Assembly: GCF_006345805.1 (NCBI RefSeq)
Contig: NW_021834980.1
Location: 1-43,693, forward strand
Origin: Octopus sinensis
Lineage: Eukaryota
Direction of reading: 5' to 3'
Length of the DNA stretch: 43,693 bases
Part shown: positions 25,711 through 37,035 of the stretch, in pieces
How positions within the stretch are numbered: position 1 is the first letter of the stretch
Layout: every line of letters starts with the position of its first letter
Made by a program: the position numbers and the translations under genes
The notes under the pieces: generated by a model
The model's input: only the letters and a program-made list of their open reading frames with translations
Databases searched by the model: none
What the model was told of the DNA's origin: nothing

Positions 25711-26407
25711 GATAAAACAGACTTTTATTCGCCATATTGAGGTTTAAATGAAGAGAGGACGAAACAAGGACAGACAAACAGACAAGGGGTCGGGGGATCA
25801 AATGAGGGTAACAGGGTGAGGATGAACGTTAGAAATTACAAAAAATAAATAAATGATAAAGTAAACGGATGGTTAACAAAAATGAAGCGGGGAACGTGGG
25901 CGACCCCACAAACCACATTCTCACGCTGAAGACTTTATTTTCCATTTATGTTCTCGCTTAAACAGGTTATTTCACTCTCAACACACTTAGTACAGACCGC
26001 CATCTTTTTTTTAAATACGCCATGTGACAGGCATTTCTTCTCCAGCCTTTACGTTAACGCAAACTGTCCAATAACATTAACAAGAACATTTGCAGTTAAA
26101 ATGAACGAGAAAAGACCTTCTACTACGATTTTGTTTCCGCATATATGTACTTCAATTAAATGTAGATTTAGTCCCATTAGGTACGTAATTGCATTTAATC
26201 TGCGTCCAGTCTCGCATAGGTACTCGAAAAGGTTGGTTGTTAGCTTTTCTGAGTGATGATTTCTATTTTCCATTCTTTTCTTTTTTGTGCTTATGTTTTT
26301 GTTTTCTTTTTTTTTTTTCCCTTTTCATTATTATCACCGTTTCCACGTTCATTTTCGTTTCAATAACACGAAGCGCAAGAATACTCTACTAACAGAGAGA
26401 TAAAACG

Positions 26408-26432
26408 AGTAGTAGTAGTAGTAGTAGTAGTA

Positions 26433-26499
<67 letters not shown>

Positions 26500-26548
26500 G
26501 GTGGTAGTGGTAGTAGTAGTAGTAGTAGTAGTAGTAGTGATGGTGGTG

Positions 26549-26583
<35 letters not shown>

Positions 26584-26593
26584 GATGGTGGTG

Positions 26594-26629
<36 letters not shown>

Positions 26630-26647
26630 GTGATGGTGGTGGTGGTG

Positions 26648-26679
<32 letters not shown>

Positions 26680-26692
26680 GATGGTGGTGGTG

Positions 26693-26738
<46 letters not shown>

Positions 26739-26750
26739 CAGCAGCAGCAG
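26408..26750. repeat. (TAG)n/(TGG)n compound repeat with block periodicity
   Basis: Alternating (tag)n-tga-(tgg)n blocks. Confidence 0.95.
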
Positions 26751-27066
26751 TTTAATGAGGCCAATATCGAAATTGTTGTAGCTGAATGGAGGTGAATCAA
26801 TTAGGTTTCCCACGTCCGCCGAGAAAAGGCCTTCAGTTTCTATAATTACAACGTTCATAGCTTAATGCATGCCGCTTCATCACAATTTAATCAACTAAGT
26901 TGGTATTGGAAGGAGGCGCAAATTTATCGCAGAGTAATTCACAAATTCTTTCATTTACTAACTTAAAACGTTGGGTTCACATCTTGGCATCGCTTGGAAC
27001 TCTATACATTCTTGCAGAAACGCTATCCAAGGGTCACCAAAGCCTTGTCAGAAATTTTCCCATAAA

Positions 27067-27445
27067 GGCGGCGAGCTGGCAGAATCGTTAGCACGCCAGG
27101 CAAAACGCTTAGCGGTATTTCGTCTGCCGTTACGATCTGAGTTCATAATTCCGCCGAGGCCGACTTTGTCTTTCATCCTTTCGGAGTCGATTAAATAACT
27201 ACCAGTTACGCACTGGGGTCGATATAATCGACTTAATCCGTTTGTCTGTCCTTGTTTGTCCCCTCTGTGTTTAGCCCCTTGTGAGTAGTAAAGAAATAGG
27301 TATTTCGTCTGTCGCTACGTTCTGAGTTCAAATTCCGCCGCGGTCGACTTTGCCTTTCATCCCTTCGGTGTCGATAAATTAAGTACCAGTTGCGTTCTAG
27401 GGTTGATCTAATCGACTGGCCGCCTCCCTAAAAATTTCGGGCCTT
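27067..27445 (+). mobile_element. SINE family B, internally dimeric form
   Basis: ggcggcgagctggcagaatcgttagcacgcc...; body repeats from gtatttcgtctg at ~27300. Confidence 0.88.
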
Positions 27446-27465
27446 TCAATATCTCTAACATCATA

Positions 27466-27630
27466 GGCGCAGGCGTGGCTGTGTGGTAAGAAGCTTGCTT
27501 CCCAGCCACATGGTTCCGGATTCAATCCCACTGCACGGCACCTTGGACAAATGTCTTTTGCTATAGCCTCGAGCTGAATAATGCCTTATGAGTGGATTTG
27601 GCAGACGGAAACTGAAAGAAGCCCACCGTA
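27466..27630 (+). mobile_element. SINE family A 5' half
   Basis: ggcgcaggcgtggctgtgtggtaag...ccttggacaaatgtc...gacggaaactgaaagaagccc. Confidence 0.85.
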
Positions 27631-27809
27631 TATATATATATATATATAGATGAGAAAGTTGGTTTGTGAAAGCACGTGGTTGAATATATAGAAAATAGTA
27701 AAAAGTGAAAAAACTACAGAAGGCTTGTTTTAAAAGGTTTAAAATATATATTTGAGTCAATATGTCTGAAGAATATTATAAATTTTTTTCTTACAATGAC
27801 ATAGTTTAG

Positions 27810-27849
27810 AAGAAATGACCGGTTTCGCGTTCAGCTTTTCAAATTTCTT
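27810..27849 (-). ncRNA. Minimal type-I hammerhead ribozyme motif (U3-A8 variant)
   Basis: Minus strand AAGAAAU-UUGAAAA-GC(UGAAC)GC-GAAA-CCGG-UC-AUUUCUU: 7-bp perfect stem I, palindromic ACCGGU stem III, GUC cleavage triplet. Confidence 0.75.
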
Positions 27850-28647
27850 ACATCGTTATGTTTATGTTGAGAAGAGTTATCGTTATGTTTATGTTGAGAA
27901 GAGTTCTAGATAAGGTAATCAGTGATTTCTTCCAGTGAAAGGGAGATAATCGCTTAAAATTTTTTGTCTTTCCTTTGGAGTGAATTTCTCTGTATAAGTA
28001 TGTTGGAATGGTTAAGTCTGGGCTTGTACTTTTCAATGAAGAATGTTTCCTTGTTTAGTCTAATTTGTGTTGGTGTTCCGATAGCACATTGGTAAAATGG
28101 AAAGATTAAAAATTGTGGTAGTAGTTGCCCTGCGCATTTCTCAATGTGCTCACTAAAAGGTATCATTCTGTATTCTGGGAATGCAATCTGTTGTCGATGC
28201 AGTGTGCATCTACGTCTGAGTGATAGTCCCGTGGATCCCACGTAGTCTTGGTGGCAGCCCGAGCATTTTATGACATAAATTATGTTTTCAGAGGCACAAG
28301 TAAAATTAGATTTGATCTTGAATTTCTGTCCCTCTTTGAAGAGGAATTCTGATCCTTCTAGCAGGTTTGGACATGTTGCACAGTTCGGTCTACCACATTT
28401 TTTTACTTTTGCATCCGTAATTTCAGAAAACAATTTTGCCTTTGTGAGAATCTTTTTAAGTGATTTAGGTTGTTTTTAGCTTTTAATGATTTGGTGTATG
28501 TTTAAAATTTCCTTTAATTTGGGGTCCTTATGAAGTATTGGTAAATTCTGGGTGATGATGGTGAAGGGTTCTTTGTTTCTGGGGTTGTATGTGGATATGT
28601 AAGGTAGTATTTTCGGGGAAGGTGTGTTGTTGTGTTGAACTTTTCTT

Positions 28648-28800
28648 AAAGTTTCTATGTTGATTTCTGTTGCACGTCTGATCCCATCCTCTATGAGTTG
28701 AGCTGCAAGAACTCAAAAACACCCTAATTGACAGACATTACCCAGCTCAACTCATAGAGGATGGGATCAGACGTGCAACAGAAATCAACATAGAAACTTT
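28648..28800. repeat. Fold-back inverted repeat: 58-bp arms, 37-nt loop, at the PLE 5' end
   Basis: 28648-28705 is the reverse complement of 28743-28800. Confidence 0.95.
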
Positions 28801-28808
28801 TTCTATAC

Positions 28809-28884
<76 letters not shown>

Positions 28885-28886
<2 letters not shown>

Positions 28887-29070
28887 TTGTGTGTGTTTGT
28901 TCCCACCGCCACTTGAGAACTTGGTTTGTATGGTTACTACCCCGTGACTTAACGGTTCGGCAAAAGAGATCGATAGAATAAGTATTGGGGTCGATTAGTT
29001 CGACTAAAATTCTTTAAGGCGGTGCCCCAGCATGACCGCAGTCTAATGACTGGAAGAAGTAAAAGTAAAA
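28885..29070 (+). mobile_element. SINE family A 3' half
   Basis: gtgtttgttccc...ttaacggttcggcaaaagagatcgatagaataag...ccagcatgaccgcagtc...aagtaaaagtaaaag. Confidence 0.78.
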
Positions 29071-29385
29071 GCAAAGATACTCACGATTGTGGTGCATTGT
29101 TTGTTGGGGAAAAGAGCATTCTAAGGTGGACATAGTCTGGTTTTGTTTTTGTTGTTTTTTACTGAAATAACATATATTTAAGAAAAGCGAGCCACACTCT
29201 ATGTACCAGCTACCACCGACATTGGAGATTAAGATCTGATCAGGGATAGCCCATTAACGCTCAATCAATATTTTTCGTGAATACCTGGTTGAGAGAAATA
29301 TTTGCCACAAGAAATTTTACCGTAATTCAGCGTTAGACGAATTTACTGTATCTACAATGATAAAACGTAAAAGAACGATAAAATT

Positions 29386-29602
29386 TGTGTCTGGGGAGAG
29401 TCATTTTCCTTTGTTGCCTTATGATTTAACACATTCACCGGTAAAATTTCCACTTATTTCTTATTTTTATTTTCCTAAAACTTTCGTTGCATCTTGCAAC
29501 CTTTTCAATTTAGGAAAATAAAAATAAGAAATAAGTGGAAATTTTACCAGTGAGTCTGTTAAATTATAAGGTACAAAAAGAAAATGACTCTCCCCGGACA
29601 CA
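29386..29602. repeat. Palindromic repeat: ~94-bp arms, 29-nt loop; a single arm also occurs at ~25305-25436
   Basis: Inner ~39 bp perfectly complementary, outer part diverged. Confidence 0.88.
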
Positions 29603-29908
29603 ACAGAATATGCTTCAACACACGAACTCACATAAAGAATCTCGCAAACCAAATCCAAAAACGAACGATAAAAGGTTTTATAAAAGCATTACATAGCCAA
29701 GTCTTTATTCAACATAAAATATTTTTAAAATGTGATGACGTCATTTACCACGACATTTCTTCAGGCGAATTTTTCTACAGCAAAAATGTTAACGGCAAAA
29801 TTTCCTATAACCATATTTTGTATCGTTCTGACAAAAGTTAATTGCTGTAAATTACTGTAAACGCTATCCAAGGGTCACCAAAGACTTATCAGAAAATTTT
29901 CCCATAAA

Positions 29909-30185
29909 GGCGGCGAGCTGGCAGAAACGTTAGCACGCCGGGCGAAATGCCTAGCGGTATTTCGTCTGCCGCTACGTTCTGAGTTCAAATTCCGCCGGGG
30001 TCGACTTTGCCTTTTATCCTTTCGGGGTCGATAAATTAAGTACCAGTTACGCACTGGGGTCGATATAATCGACTTAATCCGTCTGTCTGCCCTTGTTTGT
30101 ACTCTCTGTGTTTAGCCCCTTGTGGGTAGTAAAGAAATAGGTATTTCGTCTGTCGTTACGTTCTGAGTTCAAATTCCGCCGAGGT
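29909..30185 (+). mobile_element. SINE family B, truncated dimeric form
   Basis: Close match to 27067-27344. Confidence 0.88.
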
Positions 30186-30999
30186 GTCAGCATTGTTCTC
30201 TAAATCATGATTTATTCTCTAAATTTTGATTTGATCCCTAAATTACGTAATATTTTCCTCAGAGCAGGCATACCTGGACTAGTTTGAGGCATGACTGTTA
30301 ACGATTTTTTGCAGCTACATTCAGGGACTCGAGAACCATGACTACATTTTTTCCTTTGTATCGCTTCAAATATGTATAACTTGTGCAGATGGATTTTTAT
30401 GTGAATAGGTGTTTAATGTTCTTACCATCACTTCACTATTTTTTTGTATGTAGCCTTGTTCTGCATCGATTTTCCTGCTCACAGCTTCACAATTTTAATT
30501 CACTATCCCTTCTGTTTGCTTTGTCAGAATAATACAGAAATCCATGGTGTGAAAAATTTTCTTTCCCACGTTTCGTTAATATATCACCAGCCATCAAGTG
30601 CATAAGCAGAAGTAGAAAGCTAAACGAAATTTCATATTTGAGTGGTTTGCGTCGTGTGATTGTATGATAGCAACACTAGTTATTATGTAAAATAAAAAAT
30701 AAAATTTTCACGGTGCCAAAAGCTCTCAAAACCAAAGCATATGATGTCAAATAATTTCAGCATCGAATCAGTAACACCAAATGAGCATGACAGAATAGAT
30801 TGTCTCTAACCCAGGCCACACGCCTTCTGCTAGTCAAGTATTGAAGCTTGTATAATCGAGTGCTATCTCTACATAGAATGTTTAGCCTAGCGTTTATATG
30901 AAAAAACGATTGTATCAACCAGTGATTCCTAACCTGGTCCGCAAAGGTAGTACTGGGGGTCCGTGAACTAAATTCAAAACGTCATTTATATATATATAT

Positions 31000-31200
31000 G
31001 ACCTCGTGTGTACCGTTGGCGATTTTTTTTCTCAGTCTTCCCTTCTCTGGATCTTTCCTTCTCCTATGTTTCCGACGAAGAGCTCCGCTCGAAACGTTAA
31101 ACCCTCCTTCTTTCCTTCTTTCCTGAGCGTCCAATAATACTATATTTGTTCCACGTCCTCACATTGTTGTTTTTTTGTGTTTTCTTGTTTGGATTAACTT
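31000..31200 (+). mobile_element. ~200-bp non-coding hammerhead-bearing module between (TA)n tracts (probable solo Penelope pLTR or non-autonomous element)
   Basis: Paralogous to 33450-33606; contains a hammerhead motif; (TA)n on both sides. Confidence 0.7.
31068..31102 (+). ncRNA. Minimal hammerhead motif with U4C substitution
   Basis: GUUU-CCGACGA-A-GAGC(UCC)GCUC-GAAA-CG-UU-AAAC; stems I and II intact, core CCGACGA instead of CUGACGA. Confidence 0.6.
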
Positions 31201-31234
<34 letters not shown>

Positions 31235-31405
31235 ACACCAAGTAAGTTAGGGGTTGTGGATCCAACCCACTAAGAGATAATACTTATCCAATATACTGTT
31301 GGTATAATACCCAAATTATAAATACACAAGAGTTTTAATTGCAATGCAATAAACTTACTTATTGTATTAAATGGGTGAAGGTAAAGAAATATTGTACCAT
31401 TAATT

Positions 31406-31529
31406 TATATTACAAATAAGAAAATGGACAAACACATTAGTTGGTTTATCATTTTTTGAATAAACATTCTAATACCCTAAAGCTGATAAACCAGCTAATG
31501 TGTTTCTCCATTTTCTTATTTGTAATATA
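31406..31529. repeat. Fold-back inverted repeat: 46-bp arms (2 mismatches), 32-nt loop
   Basis: 31406-31451 versus 31484-31529, followed by (TA)n. Confidence 0.93.
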
Positions 31530-31533
31530 CATA

Positions 31534-31567
<34 letters not shown>

Positions 31568-32557
31568 AATTACTTGCAGTCATTAAAATCGTTCTTTAAC
31601 ATTCCAAGTTCGAACTCCGCTGGAGCTTAACTCATAACAAACTGTCAATCGCTCACAAGACTCGATTAAATCAATTACACGGCTTCCTCCACCCACGCAA
31701 AGAAAAATAAGTGGCTTTCTTTCTATGATTCATAACGATAGAGTGGGTTTTTGTTAAATCGCTTTCCGTGCAAGGTAAAATGCGCATAAAGTATTGGAAT
31801 CAATTTAATTTCCCACAGCGTGTATGTTCGCTTCAGTTAAAACAAGATACTCATTCCTAAAATGATATACTCGGGAATCAATATTAATCAGTGCTAGTCA
31901 TCCAAATGTAACACATAATCAGATTTTCTGTTCGAAGTATGGAATACGAAACTACAGAATAAAGTTATGTATTTAGCCACGACTAGAAATGTTCGTTTAA
32001 ATTACTTCAGGTGTATTTATGACAAATCTATGACTAAATCGTTTGACCAGCACCAAGTTATAATAATATTTATATAAATTATTGAAGAGAAATGCTTGAT
32101 ATTGGTTTTAGAATAAGCATTTTCGCTATGGCATTTCTAACGAACCATGGGATCTGCGTTGTATGATTGTGCGATAGCAACACGACTTGAAACCCATTAT
32201 AGATTGTAAAAGAATTAATTTGATTTAAAATGTATCCCAAACTTTATCTTTCCATTAATGTCTCTACACTCAGTAGATTATTGGACCATTGCTTGATAGA
32301 GGTAAAATACCGCACCTCTTCCTAATGCATAGCATCCACTTGCATCAAACTCTGCTACTCCAGGACAGCAAAATGATCCGCTCCGCTAGTTTTATGCCAA
32401 CTAACTCTAACAGCAAACAGTTTTCGCTCTCGACTCATTTCCTCTCAGAAACAAATCTCCTATCCTCGAAATCCCAAGTTATCCGCACGCAACTATGACT
32501 TCTCGCCTACTAAATTACTGACAATTTCTACCACTCTGGGAACCACCAATCGCCAAC

Positions 32558-33022
32558 GATCCGTTGATTATGATTTATTCAACCTATTCCCTCTGTCATA
32601 ATACTAAATCAAATTTCACAATATACAATATATGTATAGAAATTAGAGAAGAACCACCTTACAAAGAACAAGTTCTGGGGTTGATTCGTTGGACTAAAGG
32701 CGGTACTCCAGCATGGTCGCAGTCAAAATGACTGAAACAGTTAAATGAGTAAAAAGAGTAACAAATAGAAAAACAAGCAACAAAATCGCAACACATTTCA
32801 ATACTTAAGACTATCCAATCAGTTGTGTTTTCATGTATTTGCTGTTCATAATTTTTTATATTACCAGCTGTTTCGAGGTTCTTAAACCGCAATATATTTG
32901 TCTTTACCAGATTTCTATTATTTGTCTTCTTTTATTTTTCGCAATTGTTCATGAAAGCATATTTCCTAGAAAAATATTATCGTGATGCGTTGGTGTTTAA
33001 AAATTAGTTGTTATGGGATTAA
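32558..33022 (-). repeat. Left arm of a 465-bp near-perfect inverted duplication
   Basis: Reverse complement of 34215-34679; identical 77-aa ORF-track entries at 32659- and 34345+; I saw one mismatch. Confidence 0.97.
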
Positions 33023-33105
33023 ATAGGTTTAACTCTATACTCAGTCGTGGCTGACTTTGATCACGGTTTAAATAATAACAAAAGATCCTATCACTCAAAT
33101 CCCAC

Positions 33106-33372
33106 ATGGAGATTTATCTCGACAGCGTCTTCTCGACTTTCCTTAAACATTGCGCGCTAGACCGTGAAGTGAGGACAGTGGTATTGAAGACTTACTCCAA
33201 GTCGCTTGACACCATCACTCTATTTGAAAAGACTGTAACTGAAAAGGAGTTGCCAGAGTCTCTGCCTACTATTAAATTCATTTCCATGGGGGTCAAATAC
33301 GCAACGGTGTGGTTGCTATTTGACACCACTGAAGAGGCTCGCATATTTGCGAGCCAGTCACCAAACACTTCA
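33106..33372 (+). pseudogene. Probable L1/Tx1-type ORF1 (RRM-like) fragment, cut off by (CT)n(TA)n
   Basis: TIKFISMGVKYATVWLLFDTTEEARIFAS parallels ORF 22188 EITYITKGRRYGTMVVQFRIVEEARRLAS. Confidence 0.45.
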
Positions 33373-33373
33373 G

Positions 33374-33444
<71 letters not shown>

Positions 33445-33449
33445 AATGT

Positions 33450-33606
33450 GACCGCGTGTGTATCGTTGGCGTTTTTTTCTTCCGTCTTCCCTTCCCTGGA
33501 TCTTTCCTTTCCCTATGTTTCTGACGAAGAGCTCCGCTCGAAACGTTGAATCCTCCTTCTTTCTTTCCTTTCATGAGCATCCAATAACACTATACTTGTT
33601 CCACGT
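33450..33606 (+). mobile_element. Second hammerhead-bearing module, paralogous to 31000-31200
   Basis: gaccgcgtgtgtatcgttggcg...gtcttcccttc...gagc(a/g)tccaataa...gttccacgt; starts just after (TA)n. Confidence 0.7.
33517..33551 (+). ncRNA. Minimal type-I hammerhead ribozyme motif, core intact
   Basis: GUUU-CUGACGA-A-GAGC(UCC)GCUC-GAAA-CG-UU-GAAU; palindromic ACGU stem III, GUU triplet, stem I with two G-U pairs. Confidence 0.68.
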
Positions 33607-33699
33607 GTGCGTGTATACACACACACTATTTATTAAAGCTGAAAAAATCTTCACAAACTGTAACTCAGTTTCACGTGACCGTTCTGATGAACGGTTGCG

Positions 33700-33878
<179 letters not shown>

Positions 33879-34214
33879 AAACAATATTATAAAATACACA
33901 TTGCCAAAATTGTACAAACACTAGAGTTCATCTCCGCTGTCGAACCAGGAAATACTTCGATCACCATAAATACCTAACTCTGTACAAGATGGAGGTAAAG
34001 ACTGCCACCAAAATACAGTTCACGTCAATGAGACGGTGCTTCAACCAAAATACAAATATTTTCGCTCAAATCTAAAAGGAAGCCATTCATTTAACTGATT
34101 TTCAAATACCCAATCACCAAAATATAATCCAGCGTCATTCACAAACAGCTGATTCCACGCATAAAAATTATGAATAACAAAAATTCTGACTTCATAAAAC
34201 TAAATCTGAAATCG

Positions 34215-34679
34215 TTAATCCCATAACAACTAATTTTAAAACACCAACGCATCACGATAATATTTTTCTAGGAAATATGCTTTCATGAACAATTGCGAAA
34301 AATAAAAGAAGACAAATAATAGAAATCTGGTAAAGACAAATATATTGCGGTTTAAGAACCTCGAAACAGCTGGTAATATAAAAAATTATGAACAGCAAAT
34401 ACATGAAAACACAACTGATTGGATAGTCTTAAGTATTGAAATGTGTTGCGATTTTGTTGCTTGTTTTTCTATTTGTTACTCTTTTTACTCATTTAACTGT
34501 TTCAGTCATTTTGACTGCGACCATGCTGGAGTACCGCCTTTAGTCCAACGAATCAACCCCAGAACTTGTTCTTTGTAAGGTGGTTCTTCTCTAATTTCTA
34601 TACATATATTGTATATTGTGAAATTTGATTTAGTATTATGACAGAGGGAATAGGTTGAATAAATCATAATCAACGGATC
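34215..34679 (+). repeat. Right arm of the 465-bp inverted duplication
   Basis: Reverse complement of 32558-33022. Confidence 0.97.
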
Positions 34680-35334
34680 CTTTTGTATTTTCTTTTACCC
34701 AAAACCAGGAACATTTCAGCGCCCCCTTCGAAAAACCTCATGACGGATTAACAGAGCCATTCGAAAGTCGGAAAAAACGCTTTGTGCTGTTTGTTCCGGC
34801 TCTTTATATTCTGAGTTCAAATCCTGCCGAGGTCATCTTTGCTCTTCATCCCTCTCCCAGGGTCGATAAAATAAAGTACCGGTCAATTACCAGGTTTAAT
34901 GTAACTGTCTATTCCACTCACCCTTAAAACTGTTGGCCTTCTGGCTAAATTAGGGACGATTATTAATTCCATAATAATCATTTTAATCATCGTCATCATC
35001 ATCATCATCATCATTCCCACCAAGGCTGCCGCTGCCATCATGGTTACCGGCACAGTCGTTATCCTCCTCTTCTTCTTTCACTTCATTATTGTCAACATCA
35101 TTATCGATAAATAAAATTAAAATATTTCTAATCAGTCTTATTTGTGCATGTGTGTGGAGGGCTGTGTACATCAGTTGTCTCTTTGTTTTCCTTTTTAGAT
35201 TGTCTGTCGTTTGTTTTGACAGGCCAACGGCCAGAAGGTATCGCTGCAGAGTAAAGCAAGAAAAACAGTCAGAACAATGAAAGGAGAAGCAATGAATAAC
35301 ATAATAGATAAGAGATTACCAGTGTATCTTCTTA

Positions 35335-35470
35335 TCACCATCATCAGCATCATCATCATCATCATTTTCCTCATCATCGTCGTCGTCGTCATCGTCGTCG
35401 CTGCAGTTGCCATCATCATCATCGCCATTATCATTACCATCACTACTACTATCATCATCATCATCATCAT
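35335..35470. repeat. (CAT)n/(CGT)n trinucleotide repeat
   Basis: Direct reading; a shorter (CAT)n is at ~34985-35035. Confidence 0.93.
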
Positions 35471-35711
35471 TCATTTATCACAGTCATTCACCGTATGTCT
35501 AAACCAGGGATCTCCAACCACCAGGCTGCGGATCAGTTTCGGACCAGTGACTATTTCGTATCTGTTTTTTTATTACCCATGTGGTCCATCATTTTAAAAT
35601 TGTTACGCTTGATAATAACAGAGTCAATGGTATCTTCGCAAATTATTATTTTCTCGTGAATTATTTGCTCCGTATTGAAATATTATATATACTATATATA
35701 TGTGTGTGTGT

Positions 35712-35940
35712 GCGGCGAGCTGGCAGAAACGTTAGCGCGCCGGACGAAATGGTTAGCGGTATTTCGTCTGTCGTTACGTTCTGAGTTCAAATTCCGCCGA
35801 GGTCGACTTTGCCTTTCATCCTTTCGGGGTCGATGAATAAAGTACCACTTTCGCACTGGGGTCGATGTAATCGACTTAATCCCTTTGTCTGTCCTTGTTT
35901 GCCCCCTCTATGTTTATCCCCTTGTGGGTAGTAAAGAAAT
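35712..35940 (+). mobile_element. SINE family B
   Basis: gcggcgagctggcagaaacgttagcgcgcc...gaggtcgactttgcctttcatcctttcggggtcg...gggtagtaaagaaat. Confidence 0.9.
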
Positions 35941-36334
35941 GTGTGTTTGTGTGTGTGTGTGTAAAATACAAAATACACAGTTATATCTTGAGATTAGTAG
36001 TAATAACAATACTCAAAATATAATACAGACTGGAGTTGTAGGGCTCCAATGAGCTATATTCCATTTCTTAATTTGAGCGGGGTCAATGCGGACCGGAACT
36101 AAAGGAACATTACTAAAATCCACATTCAAAGATCAAATACATAGATATATTCATATATTCATTTATATATATCTACGGAACGGATATAAAATTCGACATA
36201 TATAAATATAATAATATATATAAGTAGATAAAAATCATATAATATAGATAAATATATTTATTTATATAATTTTTTAAAATATATTTATTTATATAATTAT
36301 ATTTATTTATATAATATATATAACTTAGATAATT

Positions 36335-37035
36335 TAGATATGTTTCGACCAAAGATTGGTCCAGGCCATGTCTAACTTAATAGCACCACCTGATAGGATT
36401 ATTCGAATCCTGTTTAAGTCAAGTTTTGTTCAAGTAGTGAGTTCTTGTTGGGTGAGTTGTATCCAATTATGGGTGGCTTATCTGGTATTCTTTGAAGGAA
36501 TCTATCCAGACTCCGTTTTAAGTTGATGGGATCCTTTTCCTCTTTGATCTTCCTCGGGACAATGTTAAATAGGGTAGGGCCTGTTGAGGAAAAGAAATTA
36601 TGTTGCAGTGTACATGTATGTTGTGATCTTGAATTGGGCAGGGGACGTATGGCCCGTGGTCCCAGTCTTGGATGAACCTCGAAGCTAATGTTAAGGTCGT
36701 TTGGGCAAAGTTGGCGGTATATTCTCCACATCGTACAAATGATGTACCGCTCACGGCGACGCTGGAGGGAGTAAAGTTTCAAGGCTTTAAGACGATCCCA
36801 ATAATCGAGAGCAGCCATGCCTTCAATTCGTTTAGTGAGTGCCCTCTGGGGTGACTCAATTCTGGAGATGTTTTGTCTTGTATGGGGAGACCACAGTGGG
36901 CAGCAGTATTCAAGGTGTGGCCGTACAAAGGAGGAGAAAAGTGGTATGATGACACCTTGTTCTCTGGACCGGAAAGTTCTTAAGATCCAGGAATTCATCC
37001 TACGAGCTATATCGACCTTCTTGTTGATGTGTGCA
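36335..37035 (-). mobile_element. CR1/L2-group LINE 3' end (RT C-terminus and UTR); reading frame open
   Basis: WILRTFRSRE...FVRPHLEYCCPLWSPH...RIESPQR...YWDRLKALKLYSLQRRRERY (ORF 36414-36998). Confidence 0.92.

Larger units (their letters stand above)
27790..28800 (-). mobile_element. 5'-truncated Penelope-like element (RT C-terminus/linker, GIY-YIG endonuclease, 3' region)
   Basis: Frame reads AQLIEDGIRRA...ILPYISTYNP...KS*KQPKSLKKIL...CGRPNCATCP...NFTCASENIIYVIKCSGCHQDYVGST...HRQQ...FSEH...KETFFIEKYKPRLN; one in-frame stop. Confidence 0.93.

Noticed and set aside
34335-34382. ggtt-taag-aacc-tcgaaacagctgg hairpin plus GAAAC in the inverted-repeat arms
   Set aside because: No CUGANGA-like segment upstream, so the core is incomplete.
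35505-35600. cagggatctccaacc... and 30921-30975 cagtgattcctaacc..., hAT-like ends
   Set aside because: Only one end visible in each case; no matching TIR or 8-bp TSD found.
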